From an uncultured Vicinamibacterales bacterium (GTDB taxonomy: Bacteria; Acidobacteriota; Vicinamibacteria; Vicinamibacterales; UBA8438): a stretch of DNA of 64,000 nt. The stretch is from contig OY282382.1 of the NCBI GenBank assembly GCA_958295905.1, positions 4,582,910-4,646,909 on the forward strand. Reading direction: 5' to 3'. How positions within the stretch are numbered: position 1 is the first letter of the stretch; each line of letters begins with the position of its first letter. A program made the translations under genes and the position numbers. The notes below the pieces were generated by a model. That model searched no databases, was not told the DNA's origin, and was given only the letters and a program-made list of their open reading frames with translations. Of this stretch, positions 52,146 to 61,171 are shown piece after piece.

Positions 52146-53042
52146 TCAGAACCGGTACTTCAAGCCGAGACTCACGCTCCAGAACCTGCTGTCGTCCGTC
52201 GTCATCCGATAGAGGACGTCTTCGCCGCGGCCGACGTTCGACTCATGGCTGCGCAGTTGATCCCAGAGCGTCGGCTCGCTCATGAACCCGCCGAAATCCG
52301 CCCAGCGGAACTTCACGCCCAGCGTGACCCGCTCGCCGAGCCGGCGATCCACGCCCGCCAGCACTTGATAGCCGGCAACGACATCGGTCAGCCGGGCGTC
52401 GCCGATGGAGATCGAGCCGGCGATTTTGGCGCGCAGCAGCGGATCGACGAACGTCGTGATCCGCTCGGGATCGTCGTTGCGCTTCCACATGGAACCGTAG
52501 TCGAGGGTCGCCCGTTCCACGCCGACTCCGGCGCCGACGTACGGCGTCCAGGACGAAGACACGGTCGCGAAGTCGTAATACACATTCGCGAAGACGCCGT
52601 GCGCCTGCAGGTCGTCGACACGGCCGACCGCCAGCTCGATTTCCTGCTCCTGCTTGTCGATCGTCACGTCGTCGAAGATGCCCGTGTCCCTGCGATCGTT
52701 GTAGGCCGTGACCCGGTGGGAATACTCACCTTCGAGCCTGATCCCCCCCCAGTCGTATCCGAGCGCGAACCCCGACCGGATGCCGCGGCCGCCGCCGAAC
52801 TGGTTCGTCCATGACGTCAGCGGCGGCGTGACGTCGCATTCGGCGCCCGCCTCCACCCCGAGCGGGTTGATGATCAGATCGCACTTGGTGCCCCAGTCGT
52901 TGTCCACCCCTTCTACCCCGAGCGACGGCGCAACCGCCATTCCCAGGTCCATCTGGATGTACGGCCCCGTCTGGGCCCCGGCTTCGCCGACCCACCCCGT
53001 CAGGACCATGACAATCGCCGGAAATCCCAGTCGCCCACGCAT
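52146..53042 (-). CDS. outer-membrane beta-barrel protein (paralogue)
   Basis: It has a signal peptide (MRGRLGFPAIVMVLTGWVGEAGAQ) and shares blocks with the neighbour (HGVFANVYYDF, TPYVGAGVGV, GYQVLAGVD, WDQLRSHESN). It ends ...LGLKYRF. Confidence 0.8.
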   Translation of the reverse strand: MRGRLGFPAIVMVLTGWVGEAGAQTGPYIQMDLGMAVAPSLGVEGVDNDWGTKCDLIINPLGVEAGAECDVTPPLTSWTNQFGGGRGIRSGFALGYDWGGIRLEGEYSHRVTAYNDRRDTGIFDDVTIDKQEQEIELAVGRVDDLQAHGVFANVYYDFATVSSSWTPYVGAGVGVERATLDYGSMWKRNDDPERITTFVDPLLRAKIAGSISIGDARLTDVVAGYQVLAGVDRRLGERVTLGVKFRWADFGGFMSEPTLWDQLRSHESNVGRGEDVLYRMTTDDSRFWSVSLGLKYRF

Positions 53043-53211
53043 CGTTGCTCCCGTTCCGGTCCACCCCGCCCTGCTGCTCGACGCGCGCCGCGCCCGGGCC
53101 CGCGCGACGCTCGGCCGACTCCGCGCCTGCGCCGGTCACTCCACAAGCAGCCCGACGGAAGAATCATACCGCAGCCCAAGCGACGGCGGGCGACGGGGGG
53201 CACGGCGGGAC

Positions 53212-53293
53212 ACAAGACCATCCCACGCTCCGCCACCGCCGTGCGCAGGCAGAATCGCGGCGGGTCCTGGCTGGGGCTCCGGACGGGCGGAAT
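53212..53293 (-). repeat. family-1 MITE fragment (copy F, one half only)
   Basis: CAAGACCATCCCACGCTCCGCCACCGCCGTGCGCAGGCAGAATCGCGGCGGGTCCTGGCTGGGGCTCCGGACGGGCGGAAT matches the first ~80 bp of copies A and D, after which the similarity stops. Confidence 0.65.
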
Positions 53294-53394
53294 TGCTCTC
53301 AACTGACCCCGGCGTTCTGAGGTTGCAACGCGAGGGTGATCGCTGGCGCTGGCGGGCGATCGGTGCCGGTCGCGCCGCCATCCGCGTGAGGCGC

Positions 53395-53407
53395 GGGGGG
53401 GGGGGGG
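53395..53407 (+). repeat. G13 homopolymer 4 nt upstream of a start codon
   Basis: GCGC-GGGGGGGGGGGGG-TGCC-ATG. I counted 13 consecutive G (53395-53407) directly in front of ATG 53412. Confidence 0.9.
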
Positions 53408-53411
53408 TGCC

Positions 53412-54473
53412 ATGCTTTCCCACGAAGCGCGGGTGCTGGCGGAACCGACGCATCACGTCATCCTGCGCGTAGTCTTCGCGACCCTCGACTGGAACCCGTA
53501 CGTGCACAATGGCGGTGGGTGGCCATCGGCCGTGTATCCGGTCAAGGAGAGCGAGAGCCTGAAGTACTTCGAGGCCGCCATCTGGGAGGAGACACGCGCG
53601 ATCCACTTGTACGAGTTTGACAACGACTTCGAGCCATCCCTGAACGGCAGAACGCCAGAGCAATGGGTCGCTCACCGGGAGAGCTACAGGGTGATGCAGG
53701 TTCCCGGAATGCCGCTTCCCCCGCGGGACGACTACTATTCTCCAGAGATCAGCTTATTCATCCGGGAAGCGTTCAAGGACTTCGCCACCTACATCGTGTC
53801 GCGGTACCCCGACTCGGGCCAACACTTGGTGTATGACGGACACGGCGGCCCGGGTGGGCGCCTCTTCGCGGGGCATCTCTTCTACTCGGACGCGCACGAA
53901 ATGCTGGCGCACTGGACCACGGCGCTTGGGCGGTCCCTGGGCGTGATCGACATGGGAGGCCCCTGCGTCAAAGGAGGGGTCGAGGATCTGATCAACTTCT
54001 GCCGGCACGCGCGGTTCTATATCGCGTCGGACCTGCCCAACGGCGGGTATACGATGGATGACTGGACTATAGAAAAGGACAACGAGACCAATCCCGACGT
54101 GCAGTACCACCGGCTGTTTGCGGCTGCTCGTGGGCTGCGCGCCGCGCTGATTGGCCGCGTCGACCTCAAGCGGAAGGCGTACGAGTACTCGCGGCAGAAC
54201 ATGATGGAATCTCAGGTGATGCAGGCCAACTACTTGTACTCGTGCCGGGCGTTCACACCGTTCAGCGAGCAGTTCCTGGCGTTCCTGGATGACACGAGGG
54301 CATCCTGGAGCTACGGCGATGACCTGCTGGAGTTCTTGCAGACCAACGGCGCGGGTGTGGGATTGTTGAGGGCGTTCCAGCAGGTCATCTCCCACCGGGC
54401 CGATAACAAGGACTTCTTCGAATGGCCGGAGACCCGGAACGGAGTGCTCATGCCCACGCGGCTACGCCCGTGA
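53412..54473 (+). CDS. clostripain-like (peptidase C11 / caspase-fold) protein, no signal peptide
   Basis: LVYDGHGGPGG is a His-Gly motif, VIDMGGPCVKGGVEDL contains a candidate catalytic Cys, and FYIASDLPNGGYTMDDW follows. The order and spacing resemble C11 peptidases. G+C is visibly lower than in the flanking DNA. Confidence 0.5.
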   Translation: MLSHEARVLAEPTHHVILRVVFATLDWNPYVHNGGGWPSAVYPVKESESLKYFEAAIWEETRAIHLYEFDNDFEPSLNGRTPEQWVAHRESYRVMQVPGMPLPPRDDYYSPEISLFIREAFKDFATYIVSRYPDSGQHLVYDGHGGPGGRLFAGHLFYSDAHEMLAHWTTALGRSLGVIDMGGPCVKGGVEDLINFCRHARFYIASDLPNGGYTMDDWTIEKDNETNPDVQYHRLFAAARGLRAALIGRVDLKRKAYEYSRQNMMESQVMQANYLYSCRAFTPFSEQFLAFLDDTRASWSYGDDLLEFLQTNGAGVGLLRAFQQVISHRADNKDFFEWPETRNGVLMPTRLRP

Positions 54474-54906
54474 TCGGGCCGGTCAACGCGTTTCCCAGAA
54501 GACAGGCCCGTGACATGGCCGGTCTCATCCGTAGAGACACTGTACCAGTCCAAACGGCGCATCGGTCAACCGATTCGTGCTATCCGTCCAGTTCGGCCCG
54601 GCGGTCGCCCAGTAGAGCGCCTCGAGCGCAGCCCGGTCGAACGTCGCCTTGGGCGCGCCTGCCGCAGTCGCGGGTCTTGTCCAATGACACATGCAGCATC
54701 TCGTCGGTGACGGGCACGAAGCCGGGCGCGGGCTGGGCGTGCGCGGCGGCCGACGCCAGAGAAAACGGCAGCCGACGCCAAGGCGCCCCCGACGAGGCCG
54801 GGAACCGCACGGTTGATCGAAGACGTGTTCGCATCACGACAACCCCTTCGCAAGGCTCGCCGCAAACCGCCGCGGCGCAATCGTTGGCAGCCTCCGCCCC
54901 GGGCGG

Positions 54907-57120
54907 CTATCCATCCACGATCTCGACGACCACCGGTCCCGTCGGCCGCGCCATGCACGCCAGTCGATGGGTTTCGGGATCCACGGCGCAGATCTCCTCG
55001 AGCGTCTCCCGTTCCGCGCCGCTCATCGGGTTCAGGCGCTCTGCGCCGGAAACGATCCGGACCGGATCGCTGCCGCAGATTCCAGCGTGGCAGTCGGCTG
55101 ATATTTCGACGCCGCCGGCCTCGGCGGCATCGCAGATGGTCTGGCCCCTCTTGAACGGACACGGCCGGCTGCGGTTCCTGAACGTCACGGTCAGCGCTTC
55201 CGCCAGCGGCTCGCCGGCCGCGGGCAGGTTGACCGTCCGGGAATCGACCCGCCGGGACTCGGAAACCGCTTCCGCGCCGAGAAGAGAAAACCGAAGCGTC
55301 TGACGACCGACCCGCACGACGTCACCGTCCTGGAGCCCGCATGAACCGTCGACCTTGAGATAAGTCCCGTTCACGCTGTTGAGGTCCCGCACGAACAGGC
55401 TTGCGCCGACGGCCACGATAGACGCGTGCCGGCGGGACAGCGACAGGTCGTCGGGCGCCAACGTGATGTCCGGCGCGTTGCGCCCGATGACGTGCGTGCC
55501 TTCCGAGATCTGGTGACGCCCGACCAGCCGTCCGTCCGGGTCATGGTGGGCCAGGAGCCACGGGTTGCGCATCGAGCCCAGGATCAGCCACTGGCGTCCG
55601 AGCCGCGCGACGGTCCCCGGCTCGACGGCGCGCTCGCGGCCATCGGTGAGATGCAGGAACACGCCGGCCGACGAATCTTCGCCGCGCACGCGGTATGCCG
55701 TCCCGTCCGGCACGATCGCCGCGTGGCGATCGACGAGTTCGGAATCGTCTTCGAAGCGGATGTCGCCGCCGCGTCTGCCGATGGTCGTGGCGCGGTCGGA
55801 ATGCAGCACGAACTGTTCGGCTTCGACCGCGCCGTCGAGCAACCGCGTGAGCGCCGCCGGCGGCGCGCCGCCGGTCGCCGACGGCGTGGCGACGGTGGCA
55901 CCCACGAAATCGAGAGCGACACGGATTTCAGCCTTCCCCGCCAGCCGCTGCGCAATCACGTCGGCCACCTTGACGCCGTCGATCAACGACGCCTTGATGT
56001 TGCCGCGGTGCGTGACCTTGCGGAACCCGGACACGTCGCCGTCGAAGTCCCCGCACTCGAGATAGGCCGGGTTGAGCGTGTCTCCGATCACGTAGACGTT
56101 CGGTTGCCGGCACTCCAGCAGAGCATTGAGCGGGATCGCCTTGCGGACGTGCGGTCCGCCGGCGACCTGAAAGATGCCCATGCCGTTCATCAGCTTCCAG
56201 TCGATCTCCTGGCCGATGCAGGCGATGACCCGCGAAGCCTCGAACTCCAGGACGGTCCTTGCGACCGGCGCCTCGGGCTCACGCTCGTGCCCGACCCGTA
56301 CGCGCAGGACCTTGCCCGAACCGGACTCCACCACCTCGCCCGCCTCACTGCCGGCCAGGAATCGCACGTTGCGGTTGACCGAGACCGCCCGCGCCATCGG
56401 CGCCTCCAGTGCGCGCGGCGCTTTCGGCATCTCTCGTCCGCGGTGCGACCAGTACACGCCGGTGTCGTCGCCGGCGGCGGCCTTCGCATCCGATATCGCG
56501 ATGACCGCTTCGACCGCCGACACGCCGCCGCCGATGACGCAGGCGGAGGCGCCGACGTAACGGCTCGCGGTCGAAAACCGATGACTGATCGCTCGAACGT
56601 CGCCCGGCACGTCGAGCCACCGCGGCATGCCGGCGCCCAGCGCCAGCACGACGTGCCCCGCGCTCAGGACGCCGTTCTGTCCGGTCCGGTGATTCCGCAC
56701 GAGCGCGCGCCAGACGCGGTCGCCGCCCGGCTCCAATCCGACGAGTTCGACGCCGGTCCGCACCGGCACGCCATGCCGGCGGTACAGCGCCTTCCAGGCG
56801 TCGCACAGATCGCGGGGGCGAACGTCCGTGAAGAAATGCAACTGTTCGATCAGCTCGCCGCCCTTCGGAAACCCCATCTGCTTGCCGGCGCCGAAGTCGG
56901 GCTTGATCGGCTTGTCCTTGTCATAGTCGCGTATCCGTTTCAGGATGTCGTCCAGCTCGATCACGAGGGCCGACAGCCCCAGCTCTCTCGCCCGAAAGGC
57001 GGCTCCCGTTCCCGCCGGGCCGCCACCGACGATCAGCAGGTCGAGCAGGTCGGACGACTCGGCCTCGGCGTCGAGTCGGAGGCGGCCGTCAGGCGGGACT
57101 TCCAATGGCTCGTCGGTCAT
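54907..57120 (-). CDS. FAD/NAD(P) pyridine-nucleotide-disulfide-type oxidoreductase fused to two FHA domains and a C-terminal 2Fe-2S-ferredoxin-like domain
   Basis: LLIVGGGPAGTG, VIGGGVSAVE and VYVIGDT mark the oxidoreductase. FHA1 is TTIGRRGGDIRFEDDSELVDRHAAI. FHA2 is HVIGRNAPDITLAPDDLSLSRRHASIV...VRDLNSVNGTY. The tail has CHAGICGSD...LAC, a C-X4-C-X2-D...C pattern in which the third Cys of the plant-type motif is replaced by Asp. Confidence 0.8.
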   Translation of the reverse strand: MTDEPLEVPPDGRLRLDAEAESSDLLDLLIVGGGPAGTGAAFRARELGLSALVIELDDILKRIRDYDKDKPIKPDFGAGKQMGFPKGGELIEQLHFFTDVRPRDLCDAWKALYRRHGVPVRTGVELVGLEPGGDRVWRALVRNHRTGQNGVLSAGHVVLALGAGMPRWLDVPGDVRAISHRFSTASRYVGASACVIGGGVSAVEAVIAISDAKAAAGDDTGVYWSHRGREMPKAPRALEAPMARAVSVNRNVRFLAGSEAGEVVESGSGKVLRVRVGHEREPEAPVARTVLEFEASRVIACIGQEIDWKLMNGMGIFQVAGGPHVRKAIPLNALLECRQPNVYVIGDTLNPAYLECGDFDGDVSGFRKVTHRGNIKASLIDGVKVADVIAQRLAGKAEIRVALDFVGATVATPSATGGAPPAALTRLLDGAVEAEQFVLHSDRATTIGRRGGDIRFEDDSELVDRHAAIVPDGTAYRVRGEDSSAGVFLHLTDGRERAVEPGTVARLGRQWLILGSMRNPWLLAHHDPDGRLVGRHQISEGTHVIGRNAPDITLAPDDLSLSRRHASIVAVGASLFVRDLNSVNGTYLKVDGSCGLQDGDVVRVGRQTLRFSLLGAEAVSESRRVDSRTVNLPAAGEPLAEALTVTFRNRSRPCPFKRGQTICDAAEAGGVEISADCHAGICGSDPVRIVSGAERLNPMSGAERETLEEICAVDPETHRLACMARPTGPVVVEIVDG

Positions 57121-57138
57121 GTGGATCTCACGCCGGGG

Positions 57139-58722
57139 TCACGGCAGCAGCCGGAACCGAGCGCCGCGGTCCGGGTGGAAGACGTGGCACGTCACGCAGC
57201 GGTCGGACACCGCATCGGGCCGGTGGCACTGCCGGCAGACGGCCACCGTGGGCACGTTCTGGATGGCCGCGTTGTCCAGCCGCGGATCGACCGCCTCGTC
57301 GGCCCCCAGATAGTCGCTGAAGGGAATCCGGGTATGGCAGTCCAGGCAGCCGCGCTGAATGACGTGGGCGCCGTGGTCGAACCCGGCGCGCCGAAGGACC
57401 CGCTGTTCCTGCCGCACCCGCCGGAGGGTGGCGCGTTCCACCGTGTGGCACAACGCGCACGGCTCTGCGACCTCGGCCGCGAAGCGGTCCATCTCGGCCA
57501 ACTGCCCGTCCGTCAACCGCGGGTCCCTGACGTTCAGTCGGAACCGCGTATCGTCGAGCGCCGTGTTCGGGTCGGCCATGCGCCGTTCGAGGGCGCCCAT
57601 CGACTGGTCGAACTCCAGCAGGGCCGCCTGCACCCATTCCTCGCCGCGCCCGCGGAGGTCATCCGCGTGGTTCCTCAACTCGTCCAGGGCCTCGTCGTAC
57701 AGCTCCCGCCGGTCGGCCCGGGCGACGTCCGCCGAGGTAACGAGCAGGTCGGCGAGCCCGCGGGACGGGTAGATGGCGCGCCGCAGGCGCCTCAGGTTGT
57801 GCAGCACCCAGGGGTCCGCGTGGACGATCCCGGTCTTCACCACGAACCCGTCGTCCACATCGAAACCGGCTGCGCTCATGCGGGCCGCCCATCCCCCGCC
57901 CGGCGCCGTCCGCGCGCGCACCGTTTCGAGCGTCTCCACCCCGAGCGTCAGTTCCACGCCGTCGCCCGAGGCGCGAACCACCGGCGTACGGGGCGGCTGG
58001 ATCGGCAGCTCGGCCGACTCGTCGTGCGGCCCCAGATGGCAGTCTCCGCACGCCGCCTCGAAACGGATGGGCTGAAACCCCCGGGCGTCGGCCGTCGCCT
58101 CGTGGCAGGCCAGACACGCCGCCTCCACGTTCTCGCCGCCGCGGTCGTCGAGCACCCGATCGACGTGCCTGATGTGGGTGAAGGCCAGCCCGGCGTCGTC
58201 GGGGACGCCCCCGGCCGCGAACGCGAACTCCGGATGGTCGCCGTGGAACCCGCCGATCCCGTGACAACCCGCGCACCGGGCATCCGGTGACGCGGCCCGC
58301 GGGTCCGCCCGCCGTCCCTCGTGTTCGCCGTGGCACGCGGCGCACCCTGTCTCGTTCTCGCGGCCGAAAGCCCGCGTCCGATCGCCGGAGGCATAGACGT
58401 AGTGCGCGTTGAACGAATAGGCGCCGATGGCGTCGTCGAACCGATCGTGGCACGCCGAACACGCGCTCGAACGCACGCCGCCGAACGGCGTGTGGCACGC
58501 CGCGCAGCGCCCCTCCAGCGCCGCGTGCGCCGACGACAGCGGTCCGTTGGCCACCAGATCGCCGGCACCGAGTCCCAGATCGACGGTCAGAAGGCCCGCG
58601 GCGAGCGCGGCCGGCACCGCGCCGATCCAGACGATGCGGTTGCGGCTGCGCGGACGGACGTACCCCGCGGAGACCGGAAGCCGCGCATCTCCGAACGCTC
58701 CCTTGCCGTCGTCGTCAGCCAT
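57139..58722 (-). CDS. decahaem c-type cytochrome
   Basis: It has an N-terminal anchor (IVWIGAVPAALAAGLLTV). The ten CXXCH motifs are CAACH, CSACH, CAACH, CAGCH, CLACH, CGDCH, CALCH, CLDCH, CRQCH and CVTCH. The start ATG 58722 lies 4 nt after the upstream stop. Confidence 0.85.
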   Translation of the reverse strand: MADDDGKGAFGDARLPVSAGYVRPRSRNRIVWIGAVPAALAAGLLTVDLGLGAGDLVANGPLSSAHAALEGRCAACHTPFGGVRSSACSACHDRFDDAIGAYSFNAHYVYASGDRTRAFGRENETGCAACHGEHEGRRADPRAASPDARCAGCHGIGGFHGDHPEFAFAAGGVPDDAGLAFTHIRHVDRVLDDRGGENVEAACLACHEATADARGFQPIRFEAACGDCHLGPHDESAELPIQPPRTPVVRASGDGVELTLGVETLETVRARTAPGGGWAARMSAAGFDVDDGFVVKTGIVHADPWVLHNLRRLRRAIYPSRGLADLLVTSADVARADRRELYDEALDELRNHADDLRGRGEEWVQAALLEFDQSMGALERRMADPNTALDDTRFRLNVRDPRLTDGQLAEMDRFAAEVAEPCALCHTVERATLRRVRQEQRVLRRAGFDHGAHVIQRGCLDCHTRIPFSDYLGADEAVDPRLDNAAIQNVPTVAVCRQCHRPDAVSDRCVTCHVFHPDRGARFRLLP

Positions 58723-58726
58723 GATC

Positions 58727-59554
58727 TCAGTAGTAGAAGACCGCGAACACGTGAAACCCCACGAGCACCGCCAACAGAACCACCGGCGGCACGTGCAGGC
58801 GCAGCCACCAGCGCAGCGCACCCTGCAAGGTGTAGTGGGCGTCCATCTCGAACTTGGCGCGGACCAGCACCCGCAGCTCGTCCAGGCGTCGGGCGTCGTC
58901 TTCGTCCAGCAACCGCTTCAGGTAGTCGAAACGCCGCATGCACGACTGAACGCCGCCGGTGACGTCGAAGAAATAGACCAACGACACGGTGGGACCGGCC
59001 AGCACGGGAGCCAGGTCCGCGTCATGGAACTTCCTGACGGACTCGCCGCCGGAGGCCGCCAGCACCTCGACCCTCTTCCGCACCGCTTCCACGAGATCCG
59101 GAATCCGGTCGTAGTGAACCTCGGTCGACAGCCCCGAGGTCAGCGCGGGCGGTATCCACTTCTGAATGAAGACGCCGGCCAGCCCCGTACCGACGACCCA
59201 CAGGCTCGACGCCCACAGGCCCCACGCCAGCGCCCCCTGGGGCGAAGCGGCGCCGGTGTGCGCCGCGAGCAGGAACAGGAAGAGCACGCCGCCGTAGACG
59301 TGCGCCTGCACCCAGTGGTGGAGGGCGCCCGGTCCCCGCCGCGGCATTCGCCGCCGCGCGCCGTAGGCCAGCGCGACCAACAGCAGCGCGGTCGCTGCGA
59401 CGCCGTAGGCGACCGTCCAGGCGCCGTCCCCGCCCGGGACGCCGGGGACGCGCCGGACGAGCGGCGCCGCCAGCGAGAGCGCCGCGCCGGCCAGAAAGAC
59501 GCGCCACCAGCCGGCCGAAACGGCGGTGCGGGGCGAGAACAACCGGCGCATCAT
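58727..59554 (-). CDS. polytopic membrane protein with conserved His pairs (DUF4405/cytochrome-b-like)
   Basis: It has about 5-6 TM helices, with HHWVQAHVYGGVLFLFLLAAHTG, and ends HVFAVFYY. It is homologous to the C-terminal membrane domain of 31747-33750. The ATGATGA sequence overlaps the upstream stop. Confidence 0.7.
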   Translation of the reverse strand: MMRRLFSPRTAVSAGWWRVFLAGAALSLAAPLVRRVPGVPGGDGAWTVAYGVAATALLLVALAYGARRRMPRRGPGALHHWVQAHVYGGVLFLFLLAAHTGAASPQGALAWGLWASSLWVVGTGLAGVFIQKWIPPALTSGLSTEVHYDRIPDLVEAVRKRVEVLAASGGESVRKFHDADLAPVLAGPTVSLVYFFDVTGGVQSCMRRFDYLKRLLDEDDARRLDELRVLVRAKFEMDAHYTLQGALRWWLRLHVPPVVLLAVLVGFHVFAVFYY

Positions 59555-61164
59555 CGTCCGTCCGACCGTTGGAGCGCCCGGAACTCCTCGACGGAGCCGA
59601 CGCGAAAGGCGCAGTGATGGGGACAGTTCCGCACGCACGCCGGCCCGGCCGGCGAGGCGTAACAGAGATCGCACTTGCTGGCGACGGCGCGCGGCGTCCC
59701 GCGGAGAGCCTTCGGCAACGCGTCGTCCGGCCACGCCCCGCCGGTGTCGTGCATCACGATCGCGTCGTACGGGCAGTTGTCGTGGCAGGTGGCGCAACCG
59801 ATGCAGATCTCGTCCTTGATCTCCACGACGTCACCCACGTCCGCGCGCCGGATGGCCCCGGTCGGGCAGCCGACGAGGCACACCGGGTCACGGCAGTGAT
59901 AGCAGGACCGCGCGATCAGCAGATTGTCGTACCGGTCTCCTTCGCGCACGAACCGCGGCCGCCCCCCGTGCGTGTCGGCGCACGCGCGCACGCAGTCGTC
60001 GCAACGCGTGCACCGGTCGAGGTCCATCACCAGGATGCTGCTGCCCTCCACCAGTCCCTTGTCGAGGGCGAACTCGACGAACTCGGACGATCCCGGATCG
60101 GCCAGCCGCCCCCCGGTCTCCTTGATCCGGTCGACCGCCTGCCGCCAGAGCTCCCGCCCGCCGGCGGGGGCGGCGCGCAGCACATCGAACAGATCGCTCC
60201 GGGCGATGCGGACCAGCTCTCCGTACCCCACCGACGACACCGTGAAACGGGCGCGGTCCAGGCCGTCGACGAGCAGCTCGACCTCGCCCACGGTCATGCC
60301 CTTCGACAGGTAGGTGACGGTGACGTGCCCCGCCCCCATCCTGCGCGACAGCCGCAGGAACCCCGACCGCACCAGATACAGCGCGTCGGCCGCCGCCCCT
60401 TCCTCGAAGACGACTTCGCCCGGGTCGCACGGCACCAGCTCGACGCGCTGCGCGAGCTCGGCGAGCAGCGGCCGGGGACACTCGCGGAACACCGGACAGG
60501 CCCCCAACTGGGACAACAGCGCGCGCTCCCGGTAGACCGCTTCGATCTTCCGCCTGAAGGCGCTCGACCGCCGCTTCAACAGACGCAGCGCCGGCACGCG
60601 GATCTGCACGACCCGGCACGCGGTGAGCGCCCTGACCGTCACCGACTGCGGCCAGCCGTTCAGCGCGCCGATCTCGCCGAAGAACTCGCCCGGTCCGAGC
60701 GTCTGCACGTCGGAATCGCCGCCCAGGTCGAAGTCCATCGCCGAGAGCAGCATCGTCCCTCCGCCGCCCCCCCGTTCGCTCTGCCGATGGTGGACGGTCG
60801 CGGCCGACGCCCCGGCGGGGTTCTCGGTCCCGGCCGAGTCGGCGGCGGCCGAGACCGATTCAGGATCGACGTACTTCGACAGATAGGCCGCCGCCTTGCC
60901 TTCGACCAGGAAGAACGCGACGTCGACGTGGCTGCCCTCCTCGAACAGCACCGCCCCTTTTCGCCATACCGCGACCGAGACGTCGGGGCTGATGGTTTCG
61001 AGGACCTGGTCCTTGAAACCCTCGAACACCTCATAGCCCTTCAACTCGCCGGCGCTCAAGCGCTGGGAGAGGTGCTCGATGCCGCTCTCGGCGCCGTACA
61101 GGCTCCAGCGGTCGCGATGCTGCTCGTCACGGCGAAGGAGGGTCCGGCCGGTCAGGTCGGTCAT
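59551..61164 (-). CDS. protein with two cyclic-nucleotide-binding-like domains and a C-terminal multi-[4Fe-4S] ferredoxin domain
   Basis: GEFFGEIGALNGWPQSVTVRA is cNMP-like, but the phosphate-binding Arg is replaced by Gln. A second domain has GMTVGEVELL...RFTVSS. Then come CTRCDDCVRAC, CYHCRDPVCLVGCP, CIGCATCHDNCP and CDLC...CVRNCP. Confidence 0.85.
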   Translation of the reverse strand: MTDLTGRTLLRRDEQHRDRWSLYGAESGIEHLSQRLSAGELKGYEVFEGFKDQVLETISPDVSVAVWRKGAVLFEEGSHVDVAFFLVEGKAAAYLSKYVDPESVSAAADSAGTENPAGASAATVHHRQSERGGGGGTMLLSAMDFDLGGDSDVQTLGPGEFFGEIGALNGWPQSVTVRALTACRVVQIRVPALRLLKRRSSAFRRKIEAVYRERALLSQLGACPVFRECPRPLLAELAQRVELVPCDPGEVVFEEGAAADALYLVRSGFLRLSRRMGAGHVTVTYLSKGMTVGEVELLVDGLDRARFTVSSVGYGELVRIARSDLFDVLRAAPAGGRELWRQAVDRIKETGGRLADPGSSEFVEFALDKGLVEGSSILVMDLDRCTRCDDCVRACADTHGGRPRFVREGDRYDNLLIARSCYHCRDPVCLVGCPTGAIRRADVGDVVEIKDEICIGCATCHDNCPYDAIVMHDTGGAWPDDALPKALRGTPRAVASKCDLCYASPAGPACVRNCPHHCAFRVGSVEEFRALQRSDGR

Positions 61165-61171
61165 GGCGTGG

